Positions 18,807 to 29,227 of a stretch of 64,000 nt of DNA are shown here, piece by piece. The notes under the pieces were generated by a model, which made no database searches, had not been told where the DNA came from, and was given only the letters and a program-made list of their open reading frames with translations. The stretch's first letter is position 1. Each line of letters starts with the position of its first letter. The stretch spans positions 4,358-68,357 of the forward strand of contig REDG01000056.1 in assembly GCA_007693605.1 (NCBI GenBank). Direction: 5' to 3'. The position numbers were made by a program, and so were the translations under genes. This DNA is from Bradymonadales bacterium (GTDB lineage: Bacteria > Bdellovibrionota > UBA2394).

Positions 18807-20618
18807 GTGCTGTCTCTCATCGCAAAAATTAAAGACGCTCCTTTTTTTAGCCACCGGTGGAGTCTGTGGCGTAGCCGCAAAAGTTTCTTGAAGGGGGCTC
18901 TGATTCTAGTTTTTGTGAACTTGATGGGCCTCAGCTTCCCACTCTTTGTGAAGGTGGTGATTGATCGACTGGAGGGGCGCGATCAGGCCTGGTGGGTGCC
19001 CGTGTTTTTGGACAGGCTCGATACCCCCTGGTTTGTGGGCAGTCTGTGTGCTCTCTTTTTGTGCTTTATCGCCTTGATGACCATTGGGCGCTACTACTGG
19101 CGCGTCTTTTTTGTGTTTGTGGGTTTTCCTCGCACCCACGAAGTTCGTCAGCTCTTTTATAAAAATTTGTTGAGTCAAGACGCTGCCTTTTTGAGATCAA
19201 GACGAGTGGGCGATTTGATCTCTGCGCTTTCTGAAGATTCCGATAAAATTCGGATGACGCTCTCTTTTGGGGGTATCGCCATTTGTGACACGATTCTTAA
19301 TGTGATCTTGTTTTCGAGTATTTTGTTTCTTTTAGACTGGAAGATGGCGGCGATGGTGATTCCCGCGCTTGTTTTAGGCTCCATTTTATTGGTTTATCTG
19401 AGTGATCGACTTTCGGCTCTTTATGAAAGCGTTCAGAATTTGATTGGCAATCTAACAGGATTTGCTTTTGAGATTGCCTCTGGTGTTCGGGTGATCAAGG
19501 CCTTCGGAAGAGAGAAGGAATTTCATCAAGAATTCGTAAGAGAGAGTCGTCGACTTGAGTCTGCCTCTGTTCGAGTGGCTCGCTATCAGAGTTCGTTTGT
19601 TCCGATTCTCTACTTCTTTTTGGGCTTAGCCACTTGCTTTGTGATGTTCTATGGAGGGAGTCGAGTCTTGTCTGGAGAGCTTGCGATATCGAGCTTCATT
19701 GCGTTTCAGCTTTATCTGGTTCAGATGGACTGGCCCATGATGGCGATTGGCTGGTTTGTGGAACTCTTTCGAGGTTCAAGTGCATCCGAGAAGAGAATGC
19801 GCAGGATTGCAGAGACTCCCTCTCATCGAGTGATTCGATCAGGGGAAGAGGCGGAAAAGGCTGCACCTGAGTTTGAGTTAAAGAAGGCATCGTTTGCGTA
19901 CTCTGAGAATGTTCTGGCTCTAGATCAGATCGATCTAAAGATTGAGGGGGGGCAATGGATTGGGCTGACGGGGCCCGTTGGCTCTGGCAAGTCGAGCCTG
20001 CTCGAGTTGCTGACAAGAGAGATTGATCCGAGCTCCGGCGAAGTTTTTTGGAGGGGGCGAAACCTTAAGTCTTTTTCTCCGCCAGACTTGAGTTCTCAGA
20101 TTCTTTTCGTTCCTCAAGAGACCTATCTGTTTTCGCAGAGCCTTCGAAACAATCTTTTGTTTGGTGGAAGAGGGAGAGCGGATGAGGATCTCTTAGACCT
20201 TTTGAAGGAACTCTCCTTTGATCTAGGGCAGCTCGTTGACCGAGGGGGCTTATGGGCTCGGCTTGGCGAGAGAGGAACGAACTTTTCGGGGGGTCAGAAG
20301 CAGAGAATCGCCATCGGGCGGGCGCTCTTACAAAAGAAGGCCGTTTATCTTTTTGATGACATCTTCTCGCATTTGGATGCCGAGACCGAGTTGAAAATTC
20401 TGGAGACCCTGAGGCGAAGAATTCCTGCAGAAGCGACTGTGTTTTTTGTGAGTCAGAGGCTTGAGACCTTGGAGTTGCAAGATCAAATCTTAGTGCTTCA
20501 AAGTGGTCGTCTTGAATTTTTCGGGCAGCCGAGAGCGGCGATGTCAGAGTCTAGGTTTATACAAGAACTTCGACACCTTCAAAGAGAGCAGATGTTGATT
20601 CAGGAGGTGGCGGGGTGA
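18807..20618 (+). CDS. ABC exporter half-transporter (TMD+NBD), subunit with degenerate Walker B/H-switch
   Basis: GPVGSGKS, FSGGQKQR, VYLFDD (no catalytic E), VSQR instead of H. Confidence 0.9.
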   Translation: MLSLIAKIKDAPFFSHRWSLWRSRKSFLKGALILVFVNLMGLSFPLFVKVVIDRLEGRDQAWWVPVFLDRLDTPWFVGSLCALFLCFIALMTIGRYYWRVFFVFVGFPRTHEVRQLFYKNLLSQDAAFLRSRRVGDLISALSEDSDKIRMTLSFGGIAICDTILNVILFSSILFLLDWKMAAMVIPALVLGSILLVYLSDRLSALYESVQNLIGNLTGFAFEIASGVRVIKAFGREKEFHQEFVRESRRLESASVRVARYQSSFVPILYFFLGLATCFVMFYGGSRVLSGELAISSFIAFQLYLVQMDWPMMAIGWFVELFRGSSASEKRMRRIAETPSHRVIRSGEEAEKAAPEFELKKASFAYSENVLALDQIDLKIEGGQWIGLTGPVGSGKSSLLELLTREIDPSSGEVFWRGRNLKSFSPPDLSSQILFVPQETYLFSQSLRNNLLFGGRGRADEDLLDLLKELSFDLGQLVDRGGLWARLGERGTNFSGGQKQRIAIGRALLQKKAVYLFDDIFSHLDAETELKILETLRRRIPAEATVFFVSQRLETLELQDQILVLQSGRLEFFGQPRAAMSESRFIQELRHLQREQMLIQEVAG

Positions 20619-22357
20619 AGATCACAGCCTATCGGCAATTGGTTGAGCTTCTGAGGCCGTATCGCGGGATGATGGTGCTGGCGATTCTCATTTCTTTGTT
20701 GCCCGCCTATTTCAATGTTTGGACGCCTTTTCTTTTGGGCAAGATCATTGACGAAGCGATTCAAGGCAATGATTGGACGAGACTCTTTCTGTTGGGCTCT
20801 TTGTTGCTCTTTGTTCAAGTTTGCCTGTTTCTTTCAAGTGTGTTCGTGAACTTCAGTTTGATGAAGTTCGGCTTCAAGATATTGGTCGATTATCGCTCGA
20901 GTCTTTTGAATCGCGTGCTTTCGTATCGAATCTCGTTTTTTGATCGGTTTTCTGCGGGTCGTCTCAGTACTCGGCTCAATAGCGATATCAATTCTCTGCA
21001 GGAGCTCTTTTCTTCAGCCTTGGTGGTTCTGGTGGGACACAGCTTTATGATTTTAGGTGTTTTGGTGGCGATGTTTCTTCTGGAGTGGAGAATGGCTTTG
21101 GTGGCGCTCGCCGTGGCGTGCTGCATTTTCATTTTTACAAAACAGGTTTACCTGCCGATTCGCCGTCACTTTGGGTTCACAAGAAAGGCTTTGTCTCTTG
21201 TGAACTCCTTTGTGGGGGAGAGCCTGTCTGGGCTGAAAGATATTCGGGGCTTGGGGGCTCTTTCTCACGCTGAGAGTCTGTTCTCTCGTCTGTCAGATAA
21301 GTATCGACAGAAGAGCTTGGCGGCTGTTCACCGCATTGCGGTTTTTAACTCGAGTCTTGGGTTTTTAACTCTCTTTATGTCCTTGAGCCTCTTGTTTACA
21401 GGGGCTTTACTGGCTCATCATGGGCTTGTGAGCATTGGTGTCATTGTGAGTTTTTTGGCTTATTCGAGCTATTTTTCTTGGCCCATTCAGGAGTTCGCTG
21501 AGAAGTTTTCTATTCTTCAGCAGGCTTTGGCCTCTGTCGATCGACTGGTCGAGATTTCAAACGATCAGCCTGAGTCTGATCAGGGGCATCAGGACTTTCC
21601 ACAGCTAACTCGGCTCGAATTCAGGGCAGTGGAGTTTTCTTACCCCGGACATCAAGAGCGGGCACTTCAGGGGATTAGTTTTGAAGTGAGCGCAGGTGAA
21701 AAGATTGCGCTTCTGGGCGAGACAGGCTCCGGAAAGTCAACGACCTGTCAGTTGATGCTTCGCTTTCATGAAGTGAGCACAGGAGAGATTCTGATCAACA
21801 ACACCAACATTCAGAGCTTTAGGCTGGCAGACTATCGCTCGCAGTTTGCATGGGTTTCGCAGGAAGTGACCCTCTTTTCCGTGAGTCTTCGAGAGAATAT
21901 TCGATTTTACGATAGCTCGGTGAGTGATGATGAGATTTGGCAAGCGCTTGAGCTGGTGCAGTTGAGATCCTGGGCCAGTTCTCTGCCAAGGGGTTTGGAC
22001 GAGATGATGTCTGAGAGGGCTCATTCCATTTCGACCGGGCAGAGGCAACTCCTTTCGATTGCCCGCGCTCTGGTTCGAAAACCTCAGGTTCTGATCTTAG
22101 ACGAGGCGACCTCCTATATCGACAGTAGAACGGAATTCGCCATTCAGAACGCCATGGACCGGCTCTGGTCGTTGAAGGATTTCAGGAAAACAACAGGTTT
22201 CTTTGTCGCGCATCGATTGAGCACTTTGCGAAGATGTGATCGTTTGTTAGCCTTTCGGTCAGGCCAAATTGTGGAGCAGGGTTCTTTCAAAGAGCTGATG
22301 CAGCGAGACGCTTACGCAGCCAGCCTTTATAAGAAACAGTTTCGACTCTCGGCCTGA
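20615..22357 (+). CDS. ABC exporter half-transporter (TMD+NBD), partner of the heterodimer
   Basis: GETGSGKS, ISTGQRQ, ILDEAT, VAHR; GTGA overlap with the upstream gene. Confidence 0.9.
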   Translation: MKITAYRQLVELLRPYRGMMVLAILISLLPAYFNVWTPFLLGKIIDEAIQGNDWTRLFLLGSLLLFVQVCLFLSSVFVNFSLMKFGFKILVDYRSSLLNRVLSYRISFFDRFSAGRLSTRLNSDINSLQELFSSALVVLVGHSFMILGVLVAMFLLEWRMALVALAVACCIFIFTKQVYLPIRRHFGFTRKALSLVNSFVGESLSGLKDIRGLGALSHAESLFSRLSDKYRQKSLAAVHRIAVFNSSLGFLTLFMSLSLLFTGALLAHHGLVSIGVIVSFLAYSSYFSWPIQEFAEKFSILQQALASVDRLVEISNDQPESDQGHQDFPQLTRLEFRAVEFSYPGHQERALQGISFEVSAGEKIALLGETGSGKSTTCQLMLRFHEVSTGEILINNTNIQSFRLADYRSQFAWVSQEVTLFSVSLRENIRFYDSSVSDDEIWQALELVQLRSWASSLPRGLDEMMSERAHSISTGQRQLLSIARALVRKPQVLILDEATSYIDSRTEFAIQNAMDRLWSLKDFRKTTGFFVAHRLSTLRRCDRLLAFRSGQIVEQGSFKELMQRDAYAASLYKKQFRLSA

Positions 22358-22364
22358 AAGAGAT

Positions 22365-23990
22365 ATGAAAGTTCGAATTGTACAAATGGATAGCAAGGTT
22401 GGGGATTTCTCAGGCAATCTTGCTCGGATGAGAAAGGCCCTGGAGGCTTCCGCACCAGACGAGTTGGTGATCTTCCCCGAGTGTTGTGTTTGCGGTTATC
22501 CCGCACAAGACCTTCTCGATTATTCGAGTTTTGCAGAGAGGGCCAAAGAGGCCAGCATGGAGTTGATTCGGGATTTTCCGAAGCACAGCTTTGTTTTCGG
22601 AAGTGTTGAGAGAAGTTTGTCTACTGGCAGGCCTTGTCGCAATGCGGCCTACTTCGTTAGAGAAGGAGAGTTGGTGGCCACTTACTTTAAAAGACTGTTG
22701 CCGACTTACGATGTTTTTGATGAGGATCGATTTTTCGAAGCCGGGCGAGAGCCTTGTGTGGTGGAGTTTCAGGGCGAAAAAATCGGATTGAGCATCTGTG
22801 AAGACATTTGGAACCACGATGTTGGGGCCTCCCTACACAACCGCTATTCTCAGGATCCGCTGGGGGATTTGAGAGAGAAGGCGAGTATTTTTGTGAATCT
22901 CTCGGCTTCTCCTTTTGAGTCGGCGAAAGTTCAGAAAAAGAGGGAAATGCTTAAGTCCATCGCCGTCAAATATTCAAAGCCATTGATTTATGCCAACGCC
23001 GTGGGCGCGAATGACAGCCTGATTTTTGATGGGCGAAGTTATTTTTTATCGGCCAAGGGAGAGATTGCTCAGCAGGCCAAGGCTTTCGAAGAGGATGAGA
23101 TTGTTTTTGATACCAAAGACGACAAGCCCTCACTAGAGCTGAAAAGCCCGTCGGAGAGTTCTGACATTTATGATGCTCTGGTTCTAGGGATTCGCGATTA
23201 TTGCCGAAAGACCGGAATGAACAGGGCTTTTGTGGGCTTGAGTGGGGGTATTGATTCTGCGGTGACCGCCTCGTTGACCATGGACGCTTTGGGGGCTTCG
23301 AATTTGACATTGGTGATGATGCCCTCTCGTTACACTTCTCAGGCCAGTAATGAAGACGCATTGTATTTTGCGAAAAAGACGCAAGCCCCACTTCACATCA
23401 TTGTGATCGAAGAAATGTTTGAGGCGGCGAAGAAGAGTCTTCAGATGGCTTTTCAAGGGATGAAAGAAGATCTGACCGAACAAAACTTGCAGTCGAGAGT
23501 CCGGGGACTCTTGATCATGGCGCTTTCGAATAAGTTTGGGGGCTTAGTGATGAGTACAGGCAATAAGAGTGAGTTGGCCGTTGGCTATTGCACGCTTTAC
23601 GGAGATATGAACGGTGCACTCTGCCCTCTCAGTGATGTGTACAAGACTCAAGTTTATGATTTAGGCCGGGAAGCCAATCGACGGCAAGAGAGAATTGCCG
23701 AGAGGGTTTTTACGCGTGCGCCTTCGGCGGAGCTTCAGTTCGATCAGACCGATCAAGATGATTTGCCGCCTTACGAAACTCTCGATCGAATTTTGAAGTC
23801 TCTGGTGGAGGGCTTTCGATCTGAGGCCGATCTGGTCGCAGATGGTTTTGAGCCTGACCAAGTTCGGCAAGTCCTTGAGCTTGTGCGAAAGAGTGAGTTC
23901 AAGAGATATCAGATGCCAATGGGCTTGAAGGTCTCTTCCAAAGCATTTGGGCTAGGCCGAAGATTTCCCTTGGTTCATTCATTTGATTGA
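22365..23990 (+). CDS. nadE: Glutamine-dependent NAD+ synthetase
   Basis: Nitrilase-type triad (FPE, K.LLP.Y, ICEDIW) plus GLSGGIDS, NLQSR.R, TGNKSE..VGY.TLYGD. Confidence 0.95.
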   Translation: MKVRIVQMDSKVGDFSGNLARMRKALEASAPDELVIFPECCVCGYPAQDLLDYSSFAERAKEASMELIRDFPKHSFVFGSVERSLSTGRPCRNAAYFVREGELVATYFKRLLPTYDVFDEDRFFEAGREPCVVEFQGEKIGLSICEDIWNHDVGASLHNRYSQDPLGDLREKASIFVNLSASPFESAKVQKKREMLKSIAVKYSKPLIYANAVGANDSLIFDGRSYFLSAKGEIAQQAKAFEEDEIVFDTKDDKPSLELKSPSESSDIYDALVLGIRDYCRKTGMNRAFVGLSGGIDSAVTASLTMDALGASNLTLVMMPSRYTSQASNEDALYFAKKTQAPLHIIVIEEMFEAAKKSLQMAFQGMKEDLTEQNLQSRVRGLLIMALSNKFGGLVMSTGNKSELAVGYCTLYGDMNGALCPLSDVYKTQVYDLGREANRRQERIAERVFTRAPSAELQFDQTDQDDLPPYETLDRILKSLVEGFRSEADLVADGFEPDQVRQVLELVRKSEFKRYQMPMGLKVSSKAFGLGRRFPLVHSFD

Positions 23991-24000
23991 GGAATCTTGA

Positions 24001-24051
24001 GAAGCGCAGCGATGTAGCCGCCGAAGCAGATGGGCCTTTAGCGACACTCCC
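24001..24051 (-). repeat. Dispersed repeat family copy
   Basis: Reverse complement of 24026-24051 is gggagtgtcgctaaaggcccatctgc, 24/26 identical to 43664-43689. Confidence 0.85.
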
Positions 24052-24192
24052 TTGATCAGGGCCGGCTCGCTCATTGAGAGCACTATATTGAAATTATTGA
24101 TCTTTTTAGATCAGGCTTGAGGTGATGGATCATTTTTATGGATACCTCAGTGTAGTGGTGATGTATTAATAAAAATGAGGTATATTCTTTTT

Positions 24193-25200
24193 ATGAGTTC
24201 AAATCGCAGTCTTTCCGTCCTTCGTGCCATCCTACCCTCATCTACCAAGTTGGATGTCATTGAACAGAGTGGTATGCAGACTCTTGTGAAAATTGCTTCT
24301 CAAAGAGCCCGGGTGCTTTGGGTGGGTGAAGGGTGGCGAGCGCAGGTAAAGCCTGCGTTAGAGTCGGTCGATGTTCAATGTCCCACAATATTCGTTGCGA
24401 GAAAAATGTCTCCAGGAGCCCAAGAGCTTTTGCGAAATGAACAAGTGAATTGGGCCGATGAAATCGGGAATGCTGAGATTGCCATTGGCCCTCTCATTGT
24501 TTCGCGAATCGGCCGCTCTGCAGTGAGCAAAAAAAAATTAGAGCGCTGGACACCCGCTGTTCTCACCGTTGCTGAAGCGCTCTTATGTGGCCAGAAAGCT
24601 ACCGTCTCTTCGATGGCGGACACCACACAATTGTCAGTAGGGAGCTGTGTGAATGCTCTTCGATTTCTAACAGAGCGGGGTCATCTGAAGTCCAATCAAA
24701 TCAGAGGAAGCAAGTCCGCTCGGTTTGTAACTAATCAAGAGCAACTTTTAGAGGATTACGCCTCTCAATCAGCCCTTTTTTCATCGAAGCCCTCTTTGTC
24801 TATCGGCGTATCCTGGAAAGGGCCAGAAAGGGAACTCGCAAAGATTGGAAAAACATGGACTCAAGCAAAGCTTAAATGGGCAATCACTGGGGAGTTGGCT
24901 TCAGCCATTCTCGCTCCCCATCTCACTCAGATTGCGACCTATGAGGTTTATTTGAATGTCGAGACTCTTGCTGAGCTTGAAGCACTTTGCCGCCGATTAA
25001 ATCTGCGGCCTTTACCTGGGGGGCGTCTTACATTGAAAGCCGCACCTACAAAGATTAGTGATCGGTTGGTTACTGAGAAGAATGGGCTGAACATCGCTCC
25101 GTGGCCGAGAGTTTATGCTGATCTTCGCAACACCGGAGTTCGGGGGGAAGAAGCGGCCGAACACTTGAAGGAGGTTATCACTCATGAACATTGGGTCTGA
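24193..25200 (+). CDS. AbiEi-like (AbiEi_2/DUF2186-type) type IV TA antitoxin / wHTH regulator
   Basis: Central HTH (TVSSMADTTQLSVGSCVNALRFL), WAITGE.A, C-terminal PRVYADL...GVRGEEAAEHL; alternative start 24175. Confidence 0.65.
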   Translation: MSSNRSLSVLRAILPSSTKLDVIEQSGMQTLVKIASQRARVLWVGEGWRAQVKPALESVDVQCPTIFVARKMSPGAQELLRNEQVNWADEIGNAEIAIGPLIVSRIGRSAVSKKKLERWTPAVLTVAEALLCGQKATVSSMADTTQLSVGSCVNALRFLTERGHLKSNQIRGSKSARFVTNQEQLLEDYASQSALFSSKPSLSIGVSWKGPERELAKIGKTWTQAKLKWAITGELASAILAPHLTQIATYEVYLNVETLAELEALCRRLNLRPLPGGRLTLKAAPTKISDRLVTEKNGLNIAPWPRVYADLRNTGVRGEEAAEHLKEVITHEHWV

Positions 25201-26032
25201 ACGATCGCGTGTTGCGCGCTCCGCCGCCGAAGCCGCTCTTGTTCGCATCGTCCATCACTACGGGGACAGGCCGGAATTCGTTGTGCTTGGCGGGTTGGTT
25301 CCCGAGTTGCTTTGTTCCTCTTCGGGTCAGCTTCATGCAGGAACAAGCGACATTGATGTTCAGGTCGATCTGGAGATAGCAAGCGGATCTGTTCAAACTC
25401 AACGATTAGAACGAGCATTGAAAAATGCAGAGTTTTCTCCCGAGAGTGAACGAATATGGCGCTGGCAAACAAAAAACAATGGGGCTAGCTCTGCTGTCGT
25501 AAAGTTTGAGCTCTTAGCTGACCAAGATGATTCGCCATCAAATGCTACCCTTCGATTCAACGATTGCGAACAATTGGGTGCTGCAAATTTGAGGGGAACG
25601 GGATATGCGGCACGCGATTTTACCAAGCATTCTCTGAACGCCAAAATTGGTGATCAGGAGCTTCAGGTTGATATCAATATTGCTGGCTTGGCCGGATTTC
25701 TTCTTGCGAAGGTTGCGGCCGCTCACTCCCGAAGAAAAGAGAAAGATTGGTACGATATCGCCTTTGTTTTGATCCACAATAATGCGGGAGGCAGTTTGGT
25801 GGCAGCATCCAAGGTTAAAGAAGCTTTCGGTGACGAAGTTGAAAGTGGTTATATCAACACGGCTCTTAAAGAGTTGCAGGCAAATTTTCAAAATCCTACG
25901 GATCAAGGACCAATGGCTTACTCACTCCAGTTTCGCAGAGATCATCCGAATACTGAAGAAGTTGTGAATAGAGCGGATGCAGTCGTTGCCGTTCAAAATT
26001 TCTACGATGCTATCTTTAGCGACAAAGGATAG
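25184..26032 (+). CDS. AbiEii-like nucleotidyltransferase (type IV TA toxin)
   Basis: VVLGG, GTSDID (Pol-beta-like DxD), LLAK..A..RR.EKDWYDI; overlaps the upstream gene. Confidence 0.65.
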   Translation: MNIGSERSRVARSAAEAALVRIVHHYGDRPEFVVLGGLVPELLCSSSGQLHAGTSDIDVQVDLEIASGSVQTQRLERALKNAEFSPESERIWRWQTKNNGASSAVVKFELLADQDDSPSNATLRFNDCEQLGAANLRGTGYAARDFTKHSLNAKIGDQELQVDINIAGLAGFLLAKVAAAHSRRKEKDWYDIAFVLIHNNAGGSLVAASKVKEAFGDEVESGYINTALKELQANFQNPTDQGPMAYSLQFRRDHPNTEEVVNRADAVVAVQNFYDAIFSDKG

Positions 26033-26060
26033 GCGTTGGAGCAAGAAATAGCGGTAGCAA

Positions 26061-28166
26061 CTAATTCTCCTTTAGTCTCTTGGGGCTGCTCAAGCCTTCA
26101 ATTCCGTTGCGGCATTGAGATCTGAGATCTGCTGCAAAATCATTCCTGATCTGATCGACAGTAAGAAGCCGACCTCTTGACAAAAGTCTGCCTACAATCG
26201 TTCGCCCGAGTCTTGGTGAAAGGGGAGACTCTCCGTAGGTTCCTCCCACCTCCGTAATCAGCTCTGCGATTTCGTGTCCCATCACATACACCCAATAGAG
26301 GCTGCTGTAGCCCACGAAGTGAGACGAAGTCGCAATGGGTTGCGTCTGCGGGTTAAGGGGGTAGAAGTGAGACCGATACAGATCGAGAGCAATCTCATTG
26401 AGCTCTTCATAGGATTTGTCCCTATTTGCTGTTCGGTGGATTTCAAAGTCTACGAGAGCGTCCACAACGCTGGCTTGCAGTTCATGAGCTTGACCAGTTT
26501 GCAGGTAGCTCACAAGTCGCTTGGCCTGATCGTCGCTAAGGGGGCGACCTGTTTCGGGGTGACGACTGATGCGTTGAAGAAACTGCCAATCAAGAGCCCA
26601 ACTTTCCATAAAGATTGGAAAGGCCTCAAGAAAGTCTTCCTTTGAGTTGGTGCCAGAAAGGGATTGATACTTCAGTCGAGAGCTGAAGTCATGAAGGGCA
26701 TGACCAATCTCATGGAAGAGAATTCGCAAAAACCTTAAAGGGATTTCTTTCTCAAAATTGCCAAAGAGAATTCCTGTAGGGAGTTTCAAGTGTCCGTCAG
26801 CGTCTTCGGATCGCTGGCGAAGGCTACTATGAAAAAAATCCGTCGACTTTCTTGAGCGAGGCTGAAGATCTAAGTAGTAGAGCCCGATGGGCTCAGATCG
26901 CTCTACGCTTGTTGCGAGATAAGCTCTCACCTGAGGATCCCAGACCGGGGCATCATGAATCTCTTGAAACCTTATTCCGAAGGTCTTCTCGATCTGCTCA
27001 AAGGTTTTCTCGATCACAAACTCGATAGGGAAGTGTCCTTCAATCTCGGCAGGGTCATCCTCCAAGAGCCGAAGGGCATACCTTTCGAGGTAGTAGTTCC
27101 AGTCGTGGGAGTAGATCACCGCCGAAGATTTACGGAGTTGCACCTTCTTTTCTTGAAGAGCAAGAGATCTCTCTCTTTCGAAGGCCTCTTTATTTGCTTC
27201 TAAAGAGTTCAATAAAAATCTTTCCAACTTTGCTTCGGTATCAATCGAAAGACCGTCTAGTTGATTGAATGCCCAGGACCTAGTGCCGTCTAGCCTGACG
27301 ATTTCAGCTCTTAGCTGAAGAATGGGTTTCGCGAGAAAGGGGGCAACTTCTGCGCCTAGAGATAGGAGTGCGAGTTGTGCCCGCCTCCGGGTGTGGGCTC
27401 GATCGGCATAGAGCATGAGCTGTTTGATCTGATGCCAACTCGCGGCTCTGATTTCATAGCGCCCGGCCTCATACTTCAGGCTCTCTATGAATTCTGGACG
27501 AAGCCCCTGCAGCTCCTCCCCTGAAAACCAAAGACTAGTGTCGAAGTCTGAGAGGCTCCGATTAAACTCGTCTTCGAGCGTTCCAAGATGGGCAAGCAAT
27601 CTGGCCACCACAAAAGATTGGCTTGCGGCTTTGGCGTCCTTCATGCTGCGATACTGTTCATCCTCAAATCTCTGAAAGAGAGTAGATATCATCAATTGAT
27701 CTTCTTCAGAGAAACGAGCCGTTTTTTTTGAGATTTCTTTGAGGCGCAAGTAAAGATCTTCTCGGCGGTAGAGGTTCTCGGTTGACCAATCAGAGGCATA
27801 CTGAGACTCCTTAGAGTAGAGTTGCGCCTGAAGTGGATCGTTTGAAATGATGGATTGAATCTCTAGTTGATCGACGAGGCTGTTGATTTCATCGGCCAGA
27901 TGGGCAAGACGGATGATAAAGCGAAAGTCCGATTCCTCTTGTAAGAGGGGATCGATGCGGCGTTCAAAGTCAGCGAGTTGCGCTTCTATCCAGGCTCGAC
28001 TGTCATTGAGATTTTTAAAGCTTTGAACAGGATACAAAGAAATCTTTCGCTCAGAAAGCTCCGCCTGCATTTGGTCCCATGAAAGGGCTTCCTCGGAGTT
28101 CGCAGGTCGAGAGATCAAAAAGCCAAGCAGGCAGATTTTTAGACCGACCGATCCCCTTTTCAACAA
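26061..28166 (-). CDS. M3 family (thimet-oligopeptidase-like) metallopeptidase, probably secreted
   Basis: YYLDL.PR..K, FHEIGHALH, DFLEAFP..ME; N-terminal signal-like segment. Confidence 0.85.
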   Translation of the reverse strand: MLKRGSVGLKICLLGFLISRPANSEEALSWDQMQAELSERKISLYPVQSFKNLNDSRAWIEAQLADFERRIDPLLQEESDFRFIIRLAHLADEINSLVDQLEIQSIISNDPLQAQLYSKESQYASDWSTENLYRREDLYLRLKEISKKTARFSEEDQLMISTLFQRFEDEQYRSMKDAKAASQSFVVARLLAHLGTLEDEFNRSLSDFDTSLWFSGEELQGLRPEFIESLKYEAGRYEIRAASWHQIKQLMLYADRAHTRRRAQLALLSLGAEVAPFLAKPILQLRAEIVRLDGTRSWAFNQLDGLSIDTEAKLERFLLNSLEANKEAFERERSLALQEKKVQLRKSSAVIYSHDWNYYLERYALRLLEDDPAEIEGHFPIEFVIEKTFEQIEKTFGIRFQEIHDAPVWDPQVRAYLATSVERSEPIGLYYLDLQPRSRKSTDFFHSSLRQRSEDADGHLKLPTGILFGNFEKEIPLRFLRILFHEIGHALHDFSSRLKYQSLSGTNSKEDFLEAFPIFMESWALDWQFLQRISRHPETGRPLSDDQAKRLVSYLQTGQAHELQASVVDALVDFEIHRTANRDKSYEELNEIALDLYRSHFYPLNPQTQPIATSSHFVGYSSLYWVYVMGHEIAELITEVGGTYGESPLSPRLGRTIVGRLLSRGRLLTVDQIRNDFAADLRSQCRNGIEGLSSPKRLKEN

Positions 28167-28211
28167 CCCCCCTCCTGTCTGGAAAAATTCTTGGCGCTTT
28201 AACCCCCCTCG

Positions 28212-29162
28212 TCAATACTTTTCCCCGAACTTCACCCAATCGTTCGCTGTGAGCCCCACAAAAGTTTTGTTTCGAGTGACGATGCCAAAGCCTAGCGTGC
28301 CTTTAGTGGCGTGAATAATGATATGAGAATTTCGATCCAAGCCGATCATTCCGAACTTTTTATGCGGAAAGCGCGCAAAACTCCTTAGACAAGACTCTTG
28401 GAGGCTCATCCCATCCTCCAGTCGAGTCAGTACGGCCACAGCAAGTCCGCTGTCGAGAATGTCCTCACCCACCCCGGTGCAAGAGACGGCGCCAAATCGG
28501 TTTGCAAAATTTCCGGCTGGCGTGCAGCTGTCTGATACGCGACCGGGCCTCTCAAAGCCTCGGCCCCCCGTTGAAGTGCTTGCAAAGAGTTTTCCTGATT
28601 GGTCAAGGCTGACGCAGCCGACCGTGCCCGATTGTCCTTCTTTTTTTTGAGCCCATTCACGAAGACGATCGGGGGTTTCGGGGCTTTCAAAGCCGACTCC
28701 TAAAGACTTGGCGTACTGAGTGGCTAAAAATCCGGTCAGGCAACGATCATGTTGGTTTAGTAGGCTGGCGGCAATCTGACCCGGATGGATGCAGGCTTCA
28801 AGATTTGAGACCCCCGCCATTCTTTGCTCCCAGCCACACATGACGGCCGCTGAGAGTCGAGCTCGACCGTCTCGCTGAAGCTTGGCCCCTTTTCCGGCAT
28901 TAAATCGGGGCTCTTCTTCTAAGAGTTCAAGAGTGCCTAAGCTCATTTCTTGGGCGCTGATTTCGCTCTTGTCTTTCAGGCGTCTCTGCATCTGATTTGC
29001 AATTTTCTTTAGGCTTCGAAGCACCTCTCGAGATTGAACTCGATCGTGGCCCACAGCATCGCCTGGGCCCAAACCGCAATGAAAAACGAGACCCGGCTCT
29101 GACAAAGCACAGCTTTTTGGGGTCGGCCAAGAGGGGGCTTGTTTCTCTCTTATTTCAGTCAC
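28212..29162 (-). CDS. Isoaspartyl peptidase / plant-type L-asparaginase (Ntn hydrolase)
   Basis: FNAGKG, GTVGCV nucleophile, TSTGG, GRVSDS, TGVGE. Confidence 0.85.
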   Translation of the reverse strand: MTEIREKQAPSWPTPKSCALSEPGLVFHCGLGPGDAVGHDRVQSREVLRSLKKIANQMQRRLKDKSEISAQEMSLGTLELLEEEPRFNAGKGAKLQRDGRARLSAAVMCGWEQRMAGVSNLEACIHPGQIAASLLNQHDRCLTGFLATQYAKSLGVGFESPETPDRLREWAQKKEGQSGTVGCVSLDQSGKLFASTSTGGRGFERPGRVSDSCTPAGNFANRFGAVSCTGVGEDILDSGLAVAVLTRLEDGMSLQESCLRSFARFPHKKFGMIGLDRNSHIIIHATKGTLGFGIVTRNKTFVGLTANDWVKFGEKY

Positions 29163-29227
29163 TTGCCCTTCTTTCTCACTTTGGGGGATTTGCAGCCCCA
29201 GAGAAGTTGTGATACATCTAAAGGGGT

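Noticed and set aside
18807..22357. Non-canonical Walker B, H-switch and signature motifs suggesting a pseudogene
   Set aside because: This is the normal asymmetric degenerate site of heterodimeric ABC exporters
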